This document shows positions 18,759-26,130 of a DNA stretch of 64,000 nucleotides, in pieces. Numbering within the stretch: the first letter of the stretch is position 1; every line of letters begins with the position of its first letter. The notes beneath the pieces are model-generated. The model was not told where the DNA came from. It saw only the letters and a program-made list of their open reading frames with translations, and ran no database searches. This stretch comes from Syntrophobacterales bacterium (GTDB lineage Bacteria > Desulfobacterota > Syntrophia > Syntrophales > CAMTWB01), in the NCBI GenBank assembly GCA_037441775.1, contig JBBIRO010000009.1, positions 5,892 through 69,891 on the forward strand, read 5' to 3'. The position numbers and the translations under genes are program-made.

Positions 18759-21027
18759 CCAGGGATACCGGTTCGACCGGTTCCGCCCTCTCTTTGGGAG
18801 GGGCTTTTCTATCCTTGAGTTTGATTACCCCCTCCTCGATCACTTTTTCAACTTGTTTCTGCTTCTGCTTCATCAGATCCGCTGCATCGGCCTGGGTCCT
18901 GACAATATAGGGGGTCAAAAACACGTAAAGGTTACTCTTTTCCCCGCCGCGGGATTTCGATTTAAAGAGCCACCCCAGCAGAGGAATGTCGCCGAACCAG
19001 GGGACTTTATAGTTGCCCATCTCCGTGCTGTCGCCCACGAGACCGCCGATGACGATGGTCTCCTTGTCCTTGATCACGACGGTGGTTTTGGCCTCCCGCT
19101 TCAGGGTGGTGGGAAGGCCCAGGGCGGATTCTTCTTTCACTACCTTGGTCACCTTTTTGCTGAGTTTCAGGCGGACAAAGCCGTCTTCGTTGATGTGGGG
19201 AACGATGTTCAGGGTCACGCCGACGTCCTTGTATTCATAGTTGCTGTAATCAACGCCGGTGGTGCCGCTTTTGTCCTGTCTGGTGATATAGGGCACATTC
19301 TTGCCCACGGTTATTTCCGCCTCTTCGTTATCAATGGTCATTATCTGTGGCGTTGCCAGAATGGAAACATCGGAATCCCGCTGATAGGCCTGTACGATGG
19401 CGCCGATGTTGGGAAAAAGGACCCCGCCGATGGAGATGCCCGCCCCTAAAACTCCCAGGGAAAAGCCGCCGGGAAAGGGCAGGGCTTCGCCTAGCTTGGG
19501 GACGCCGGGGATGATGTTGTAGGCGCCCGACTGGCCCAGTCCCCCGGAACCGGCAATCACCGCCGACCGGCCGGTATCGAAACCGGAAACTTGGCCCAGA
19601 TCATGCGCCGCGCGCCACTCGACGCCCAGCTTGAAATCCTTATTGACGCCGACCTCCATGATCAGGGCCTCGATATAGACCATTGGCCGCGGCTGATCGA
19701 GTTTGCGGATGACATCCTCGAGAACTCGATAATCATCACGGCTGGCGGTAACTATCAGATTATTGGTGGCCTTGTCGGAGGAAACGTGGATTTCCCGGGA
19801 TAAAACGGTCGGCCGACCCTTTTGCGCCGGGTCTTTGCTGTCCTTGGGGATATTCATCAGAACCTTGACCAGATCCTCGGCGAGCGCGTTTTGCAGCCGG
19901 TAAACGCGCAGCGTCACTTCCGCCCGCGGCACGTCCCGATCCATGAAGCTGATCAGCTTTTTCACCCGTTCCGCATCGGATTCACTGGCCATGACAATTA
20001 TCGCGTTGGTCCTCTCGTCGGCAATGACCCTGACGGCAACCGGCCCCCCTCGCAACGGCTGAAAAACAGCCGTCAATGCCTTGACGATTTCCGTAGCTTG
20101 GGCGAACTTCAGGGGCAGGTAGGTGATCTGGGCCGCCACCCCCTCAACATCCAGCGCGGCGATAATTTCCCTAAGCTTGCTGATATTGGAAAGAAAGTCG
20201 GTAATGATCAGCATTCCGGTGGGGGGATAGGAAATGATGACGCTCGACTTGGAGATCAGCGGATCCAATACCTTCTTCACTTCGTCGGGACTGGCATGAT
20301 CCAGCGAAATGATATTGGTGACGATCCTGTCATCCCTGGGAATGGCCTCGTCTTCCCTGATGAGAGTGTCCATGTGCTTTTCCCGGGCCTGGAGGGAAGG
20401 AACGATCTTTATCATGTCGCCGCTGGGCAGGGCGGCAAAACCATAAACCTCAAGCACCTGCTCAAAAACCCGGTAAACATCATCGAGGGCGATTTTTTTT
20501 GGTGACACGATAGTCACCTTGCCCCGAACCTTGTCGTCCACGATAAAGTTTTTTCCGGTGAGCTCGCTGACAAACTTGATGAAAACCCCGATGTCCACAT
20601 TATCAAAATCGATCGTTACATAGCGTGGTTCCCTGGCCGGCGCCTTGGGGGGCGAAACCTGAGTCGCGGCAGGGTTAATGACAGCGGGTGACGGAGGCAG
20701 TGCCTGCTTTACCTCCGGCACCTGAGCCGCCGCTGCTTCCTTCGGAGGCGAAACGGCGGATGGAGCTTCCGGCGTGGTGGGAATCTTCTTCTCTTCGCGC
20801 GGCCTGGTTTGCTGCGTTGGCAGTGCCTTACGCGGCGCCTGTTTTACCGCCTTTGTTTTGACGGCGGCAGCGGGCTTTTTTCCCGCTGTCGCGGCGGGCG
20901 AGACGGCCTTTCCCTCATCTCCTGCCAACTTAACTGCGGCAACCTTGGCCGGCGAGATGACCACCAGAAAAAAAATAAGTAAAACTAATATGATATATTT
21001 TTCTTGGAATATAAAGCTATTGCTCAT
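18748..21027 (-). CDS. gspD: Type II secretion outer-membrane secretin GspD
   Basis: The track ORF runs to 21105. I prefer ATG 21027, which forms an ATGA overlap with the upstream gene stop and has AAGGAGG 12 nt upstream. This gives the signal-like MSNSFIFQEKYIILVLLIFFLVVISPAKVAA. N0-N3 domains and the secretin core (VPWFGDIPLLGWLFKS..NLYVFLTPYIV) are present. Confidence 0.92.
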   Translation of the reverse strand: MSNSFIFQEKYIILVLLIFFLVVISPAKVAAVKLAGDEGKAVSPAATAGKKPAAAVKTKAVKQAPRKALPTQQTRPREEKKIPTTPEAPSAVSPPKEAAAAQVPEVKQALPPSPAVINPAATQVSPPKAPAREPRYVTIDFDNVDIGVFIKFVSELTGKNFIVDDKVRGKVTIVSPKKIALDDVYRVFEQVLEVYGFAALPSGDMIKIVPSLQAREKHMDTLIREDEAIPRDDRIVTNIISLDHASPDEVKKVLDPLISKSSVIISYPPTGMLIITDFLSNISKLREIIAALDVEGVAAQITYLPLKFAQATEIVKALTAVFQPLRGGPVAVRVIADERTNAIIVMASESDAERVKKLISFMDRDVPRAEVTLRVYRLQNALAEDLVKVLMNIPKDSKDPAQKGRPTVLSREIHVSSDKATNNLIVTASRDDYRVLEDVIRKLDQPRPMVYIEALIMEVGVNKDFKLGVEWRAAHDLGQVSGFDTGRSAVIAGSGGLGQSGAYNIIPGVPKLGEALPFPGGFSLGVLGAGISIGGVLFPNIGAIVQAYQRDSDVSILATPQIMTIDNEEAEITVGKNVPYITRQDKSGTTGVDYSNYEYKDVGVTLNIVPHINEDGFVRLKLSKKVTKVVKEESALGLPTTLKREAKTTVVIKDKETIVIGGLVGDSTEMGNYKVPWFGDIPLLGWLFKSKSRGGEKSNLYVFLTPYIVRTQADAADLMKQKQKQVEKVIEEGVIKLKDRKAPPKERAEPVEPVSLGGG

Positions 21028-21710
21028 TTGGCCAGAGCCTCCTTCAATTTTTGAAATTCCGGAAGCAGCCTGATGCTGCGCAGATCCTCGTCCATCGTCG
21101 CCCATTCCAGAACGGCTGGAGAAAGCGCCGCCGCCCGCTGCAAATGGACCAACGCCTCCTGCGGCCTTCCCCCGCGGCCCAAAAGGCAGGCCAGATTGTA
21201 GTGGGGATCGGCCCAGGCGGCATCCGCCGCCTTGGCCTGCTCCAAAAAATGCCTGGCCTGGGCATGGTTGCCCTTATCCAGGTAGAGAATGCCCAGATTG
21301 TTCAGACTCTTTTTGTGATTGGGAAGCACGGCCAGAATCTGTCCGTATATTTTTTCCGCCTCGGCAAAACGAAGCAAGCGCTGCGCCGTAATTGCCTTTT
21401 CAAAGAGCGCCTTGACCTCCGCGGACTCTTCGGGCGAAGCCGGGGCGGATGGCGGGGGGGCAGCCACTATCGCCTCCTTTGGCGGCGCCGGCACCGACAT
21501 TTTATCCCCGAAAAAAGGCGCCCATTGCCCGAGCGCTATTAATGAAACGGCAACCAGGAGCAAGGCGGCGGCGCAACCAAGCCGCCTGAAGACCTTACCG
21601 TTGACCTGCCCGCTCCGGCCAGCCCCTGTTTCGATAAACTGGCGGTAGGGAGTGTAAATGTTGCCTTTTGCTTCCTGGGCCTTGCGCAGGGCCTGGTTGA
21701 TGTAACTCAT
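21024..21710 (-). CDS. gspB: GspB/ExeB-like membrane protein with a TPR domain (first gene of the gsp cluster)
   Basis: 228 aa. The N-terminus MSYINQALRKAQEAKG resembles the MSYILDAL.KAE start I recall for GspB-family proteins. One TM segment (AAALLLVAVSLIALG) is present. C-terminal TPR repeats are present (AEKIYGQILAVLPNHKKSLNNLGILYL..). Confidence 0.6.
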   Translation of the reverse strand: MSYINQALRKAQEAKGNIYTPYRQFIETGAGRSGQVNGKVFRRLGCAAALLLVAVSLIALGQWAPFFGDKMSVPAPPKEAIVAAPPPSAPASPEESAEVKALFEKAITAQRLLRFAEAEKIYGQILAVLPNHKKSLNNLGILYLDKGNHAQARHFLEQAKAADAAWADPHYNLACLLGRGGRPQEALVHLQRAAALSPAVLEWATMDEDLRSIRLLPEFQKLKEALAK

Positions 21711-22026
21711 CTCATTTTCCGGCCGGTATAATAGTCTCTTTTTCTCTATTATCCCCTATTAGGTTTTGTTTTACAAGTATCAATCCTTGTGATATTTTTT
21801 ATGAGCTATTAAAGTCCGGGGCGCGAGTTTGGGGTTACATCTCTTAAATCATGGCACGCTTTTCGTGCGTCCCCGGATTTTGTTTGTAGATCGTGCGACC
21901 GGTCAAACGCTCATTAGTCCCCATAAAGCCCCGCCCGTCCGCGGATCGTCTTGTTCTTCTTGTTTTTCCTGGTGTTTTCCGCGGGTGCGCCGTAATCGTT
22001 TTTTTTGAATATGCTCGCCAATCGCC

Positions 22027-22229
22027 ATTATTGTTCAACTCGTAATAAGGCTGCAAAACGTGAGTTTTGAGACGGCTTGGCAACAACTTCTGATTCCCAT
22101 CTCTTTGCGGGAGGGGAAAGGGGGGAGGTTGACCCAAATAGTTTTAATGGCGATTATTATTGACATTACCGTAAACCGTCCCCCGTCAAGAGAGAGGGGG
22201 CGTTTGACTTTTTACGAAGGCGTCAATAT
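22027..22229. repeat. Copy of the dispersed inverted-repeat element immediately upstream of the pgpA RBS
   Basis: The left module 22027-22080 is 47/54 identical to 14038-14091. The arms are GAGACGGCTTGGCAACAACTTC (22069-22090) and GACTTTTTACGAAGGCGTCAATAT (22206-22229, reverse). An internal G/C hairpin has C5 (22180-22184) pairing with G5 (22196-22200). Confidence 0.7.
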
Positions 22230-22246
22230 CGGACAGAGGGAAATTT

Positions 22247-22708
22247 GTGACCGAAAAATTCATCAAATTTTTTGCCACCGGCGGCGGCGCCGGTCTTGCC
22301 CCAAAAATGCCCGGGACGGTGGGAACCATGGTGGGCATCCCGCTATTTCTGCTATTGGCGCTAATGCCGGCTCCGATCATGTTGCTGTCTTTGCTGGCTT
22401 TAACCGCGGGGGGGTGGTATATCGCCCGGCGGGCCGAGCAGATATACCGGCAAAAGGACCCGCCGCAAATCGTCTGCGACGAAATCGTGGGCCTGCAATG
22501 GACATTGTTCTTGCTGCCGCCTTCTTGGGCGGGTATTCTTTTTGGTTTTCTTTTTTTTCGTTTTTTCGATATTGTAAAGCCGCCTCCCGCCAGGTGGCTG
22601 GAGAGGAAATTGCACGGCGGGTCAGGCGTGATGGCTGACGATCTGGCCGCCGCCGTCTATGCCCGTATCGCCCTCGAGGGGGCCAACTATCTGTTTTGTT
22701 TAGCGTAA
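22247..22708 (+). CDS. pgpA: Phosphatidylglycerophosphatase A
   Basis: 153 aa with a GTG start and GAGGGA 6 nt upstream. PgpA blocks: GGGAGLAPKMPGTVGT, DEIVG, FRFFDIVKPPP, GGSGVMADDL. Confidence 0.85.
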   Translation: MTEKFIKFFATGGGAGLAPKMPGTVGTMVGIPLFLLLALMPAPIMLLSLLALTAGGWYIARRAEQIYRQKDPPQIVCDEIVGLQWTLFLLPPSWAGILFGFLFFRFFDIVKPPPARWLERKLHGGSGVMADDLAAAVYARIALEGANYLFCLA

Positions 22709-23967
22709 TGAAAATAGGAATTTTAACCATCGGAAATGAATTGACCAGTGGCCGGACCCAGGACACCAATTCGTCCCTGATAGCGCGGCAGATAACCGCC
22801 CAAGGCTGGCAGGTGGCCCTGATGATGTCGGTGGGCGACGAGGAAGAAGCGATAAAAGAGGCGCTCGATTTTATCCTTGGTAAATCAAACGCGGTGATTG
22901 TCACCGGCGGGCTGGGGCCCACGGCGGATGACATCACGACCGCCTGCATCGCCAAGGCTTTTGATCAGAAGCTGGTGCTAAATGAGCCCGCCCTGCGCCA
23001 TATCAAGGAACGGTTCGAGAAGTTCCGGTTGAAATGGACGGAAAACAATACCAAGCAGGCCCTGTTCCCCCAGGGCGCGACCCCGATCTACAATCCCGCC
23101 GGAACCGCCTGGGGGTTTTCCCTTCCGGCAGGAGAGAAGATGGTCATCGTCATCCCGGGCGTTCCAACGGAGGCAAGATTAATGCTTACGGAAGGGGTGA
23201 TCCCGCTGTTGCGGTCATCCTTCCCAAATGATGCCAGGCACATTGAAACACATACCTTCAAACTCTTCGGCCTGCCCGAGGCCCTGGTTGATTCAACTCT
23301 GGCTGATGTGGACTTTGAGCGCCTGGGAGTTGAGCTGGGATTTTATCCCCATTTTCCTGAAAATCACCTGGTCGTCACCGCCCGGAGCGACTCCCCTGAG
23401 GAAAACAAAAAAAGGATGGCGCAGGCGAGGCGCGAAATCGAAAAACGCCTTGGCGCCAACATCTTTGCCCAGGGCGAAGAAACCATCGAAAGCCTGGCGG
23501 CAGCACTCATGACGCAGCGCGGCCTAACCATTGCCCTGGCCGAATCCTGCACCGGCGGCCTGATCGCCAACCGGCTGACCAACATCCCCGGTAGCTCGGC
23601 TTTTCTGGATCGGGCCCTGGTGGTTTACAGCAACAAGGCCAAGACGGAACTTTTGGGCATTCCCGATGAACTCATCACTACCCAAGGCGCCGTAAGCGCC
23701 GAGACGGCGCGCCTGATGGCCCGGGGGGCCAGGCAGGCGGCGGGAACCGATCTGGGGCTTGCTGTAACCGGCATTGCCGGACCGGACGGGGGTAGTCCGG
23801 CTAAGCCAGTCGGCACGGTCTTTATCGCCCTGGCCGATTCCACAACCACCTGCAGCCGTCACTTTGCCTTCCGCTGGGACCGCCTGCGTAATAAGACTAT
23901 ATCCGCCCAGGCGGCATTGATGTTACTTGTTGATTACCTCAAGGGGGGTGCCGTTCATGACGAATGA
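22708..23967 (+). CDS. cinA: CinA-family protein (MoCF-binding domain plus nicotinamide-nucleotide amidohydrolase PncC domain)
   Basis: ATG 22708 overlaps the pgpA TAA (TAATG). MKIGILTIGNELTSGRTQDTNS is a typical CinA start. The C-terminal domain contains LALAESCTGGLIA. Confidence 0.9.
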   Translation: MKIGILTIGNELTSGRTQDTNSSLIARQITAQGWQVALMMSVGDEEEAIKEALDFILGKSNAVIVTGGLGPTADDITTACIAKAFDQKLVLNEPALRHIKERFEKFRLKWTENNTKQALFPQGATPIYNPAGTAWGFSLPAGEKMVIVIPGVPTEARLMLTEGVIPLLRSSFPNDARHIETHTFKLFGLPEALVDSTLADVDFERLGVELGFYPHFPENHLVVTARSDSPEENKKRMAQARREIEKRLGANIFAQGEETIESLAAALMTQRGLTIALAESCTGGLIANRLTNIPGSSAFLDRALVVYSNKAKTELLGIPDELITTQGAVSAETARLMARGARQAAGTDLGLAVTGIAGPDGGSPAKPVGTVFIALADSTTTCSRHFAFRWDRLRNKTISAQAALMLLVDYLKGGAVHDE

Positions 23968-24553
23968 GAAAACGATTCGCCTCTTTACCGCCATCGAACC
24001 GCCGCGGGAAATCCTGCGAAAAATAGAACAGATCCAGCTTGGTCTGCAGAAGTTGATCCAGGGCTCCGTCCGCTGGCTCAGACCGGAGGGAATCCATCTG
24101 ACCATAAAATTCCTGGGTGATGTGGCAATCAGCCGCCGGGCCGAAATAGAAGACCGGCTTGGTCAGCAGGCCCGCCAGGCAGCGCCGATGAATCTTCGGG
24201 CTTCCCGGCTTGGGGCCTTCCCCAATCTGGATCGTCCCCGGGTGATCTGGATCGGCATCAGCGGTGATATCAAACCACTGGAAGAGTTGACAAAAAGGCT
24301 CGACGAAGCTTTTTTGTCACTGGGTTTTTTGGCGGAGGAGCGCCCCTTTCAGCCCCACCTTACGCTAGCCCGGGTTAAAATTCCCAAGATGCTGATCGGG
24401 CTTGCGGAAGCCATGGAACAGGATGCCTTATATGATGCGGGATCGTTTACCGCCGCAAGCCTGTCCTTGATACAAAGTGAATTGACCCCGCAGCGGGCGA
24501 TTTACACCCGGCTGGCCTCATTTTCGCTTGAAGGCGCCGGGGCTAATTTATAA
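23957..24553 (+). CDS. thpR: RNA 2',3'-cyclic phosphodiesterase (2H phosphoesterase, ThpR/LigT)
   Basis: ATG 23957 (AAGGGGGG upstream) overlaps the cinA end by 11 nt. RLFTAIEPP is followed by two H-x-T motifs (HLTIKFLG and HLTLARV). Confidence 0.85.
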   Translation: MTNEKTIRLFTAIEPPREILRKIEQIQLGLQKLIQGSVRWLRPEGIHLTIKFLGDVAISRRAEIEDRLGQQARQAAPMNLRASRLGAFPNLDRPRVIWIGISGDIKPLEELTKRLDEAFLSLGFLAEERPFQPHLTLARVKIPKMLIGLAEAMEQDALYDAGSFTAASLSLIQSELTPQRAIYTRLASFSLEGAGANL

Positions 24554-24613
24554 GCCGCCCGGTCAGACTCTCTGCAAAGTCATTAAAATTCGTTCCAAAA
24601 CCGGAGGATTATT

Positions 24614-25633
24614 ATGGGTACTGATATTGATCGAGAAAAAGCGGTGGATCTGGCCATTTCCCAAATCGAGCGCCAGTTTGGCAAGGGCGCCGTCATGCGG
24701 CTGGGTGGACAGGAGAAAATTCCGGATATACCCGTTATATCCACAGGTTCGCTCAGTCTGGATATAGCCTTGGGAACCGGCGGTGTCCCGCGGGGCCGGA
24801 TAATCGAGATATTCGGGCCGGAATCGGGTGGCAAGACCACCCTTGCCCTGCACATAGTCGCCGAGGCGCAAAAAAGCAACGGGCTTGCGGCCTTCATCGA
24901 TGCGGAACACGCGCTCGACGTGGGCTATGCCCGGAAGATCGGCGTCAATACCGACGACCTGCTCATCGCCCAGCCGGACACGGGCGAGCAGGCCCTGGAG
25001 ATTGCCGAAACGCTGGTGCGGAGCGGGGCGCTGGATGTGCTGGTGGTGGACTCGGTTGCGGCTTTGGTGCCCAAGGCGGAAATCGAAGGCGAGATGGGAG
25101 ACGCCCAGATGGGTCTGCAGGCGCGCCTCATGTCCCAGGCCCTGCGCAAACTCACCGGCAGTATCAGCAAATCGAAAACCACGGTGATCTTCATCAATCA
25201 GCTTCGGATGAAGATAGGGATCGTCTTCGGCAATCCCGAAACCACCACCGGCGGCAACGCGCTTAAGTTTTACGCCTCGATGCGCCTGGATATTCGCAAG
25301 ACCGGCTCGATCAAGCAGGGCCAGGACGTGATCGGCATGAGAACCAAAGTTAAGGTGGCCAAAAACAAGGTGGCTCCCCCCTTCCGGGAGGCTGAGTTTG
25401 ATATCATCTTTGGCGAGGGGATATCCCGGGAGGGAGATATTCTCGACTTGGCAACCGAAAGGGGAATAATAGATAAGACCGGCGCCTGGTACTCCTACCG
25501 GGGGGACCGGCTCGGCCAAGGAAGGGATAACTCCAGGATTTTTCTTAAGGAAAACAAGGATGTGGCTGCTGCTATCGAAGACGAGGTCTTGGCAAAGATC
25601 TTGAAAAAGCCCGGCCAGCAGGCGGAGGGGTAA
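24614..25633 (+). CDS. recA: Recombinase RecA
   Basis: 339 aa. Contains [18 protein letters not shown], Walker [10 protein letters not shown] and the L1/L2 regions. GGAGGA RBS is present. Confidence 0.99.
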   Translation: MGTDIDREKAVDLAISQIERQFGKGAVMRLGGQEKIPDIPVISTGSLSLDIALGTGGVPRGRIIEIFGPESGGKTTLALHIVAEAQKSNGLAAFIDAEHALDVGYARKIGVNTDDLLIAQPDTGEQALEIAETLVRSGALDVLVVDSVAALVPKAEIEGEMGDAQMGLQARLMSQALRKLTGSISKSKTTVIFINQLRMKIGIVFGNPETTTGGNALKFYASMRLDIRKTGSIKQGQDVIGMRTKVKVAKNKVAPPFREAEFDIIFGEGISREGDILDLATERGIIDKTGAWYSYRGDRLGQGRDNSRIFLKENKDVAAAIEDEVLAKILKKPGQQAEG

Positions 25634-25635
25634 TC

Positions 25636-26130
25636 TTGTCCGATACCGACCCCCTTGCCAAAGCGCTGAAAATGGCCTACACAATACTGGCAAGGCAGGA
25701 CAGAAGCGAGCGGGAACTGCGAGATAAGCTTAAGCAAAGGGGATTCCCGCCGGATATAATCACCGCGACGCTTACGAGCCTCAAGGCATCCGGTTACTTG
25801 AACGACGAGCGATACCTGCTTGCGGCCGCCCGAAGTTTGGCGGTAAACCGGCGTCAGGGAAATATTCGCATTGAAATGATCCTCCGGGGAAAGGGCTTTA
25901 CGAAAGAGGATATCCGGACGGTCCTCGCCCGTGTTCGACAGGAAACGGACGAGGGCGAGGTCTTGCTACAGCTCATCGCCCGGGAAAGAGAAAAAAATCC
26001 CCTCTGGGACATCAAGACCAAACGGCGGCTGTTTAACCGCCTAGTCCACCGCGGTTTTGCGCCGGCGCAAATATTCAAATATCTGGGAGAATACGAAGAG
26101 GAGTTCATAGATGACCATGACGGGCAATGA
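25636..26130 (+). CDS. recX: RecA regulator RecX
   Basis: 164 aa with a TTG start 2 nt after the recA stop. RSERELRDKLKQRGF-type helical repeats are present. The position between recA and alaS is conserved. Confidence 0.85.
   Translation: MSDTDPLAKALKMAYTILARQDRSERELRDKLKQRGFPPDIITATLTSLKASGYLNDERYLLAAARSLAVNRRQGNIRIEMILRGKGFTKEDIRTVLARVRQETDEGEVLLQLIAREREKNPLWDIKTKRRLFNRLVHRGFAPAQIFKYLGEYEEEFIDDHDGQ

Noticed and set aside
18598-20505. Plus-strand ORFs of 283 aa (18598-19449) and 227 aa (19822-20505), plus smaller ones
   Set aside because: They are antisense to gspD and the gspE start, where the secretin frame is well supported. Shadow ORFs.
21852-21868. TGGCACG...CGTGC, which resembles a sigma-54 -24/-12 promoter; there is a second TGGCAC at 52327-52332
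   Set aside because: The GC of the -12 element is two positions too far from the GG (GG-N12-GC instead of GG-N10-GC), and there is no TTGC. The sequence is better read as a 5-bp palindrome. The 52327 site has no -12 element at all.
24554-24613. SOS (LexA) box upstream of recA
   Set aside because: I found no CTGT-N8-ACAG, no GGTT-N10-ACC (Geobacter type) and no other palindrome in the 60-nt spacer. recA may be transcribed from further upstream with pgpA-cinA-thpR.
24563-25693. 376-aa minus-strand ORF
   Set aside because: It is antisense to recA, which is unambiguous. The composition is low-complexity Gly/Arg/Leu/His/Pro, and I see no RBS or known motif.
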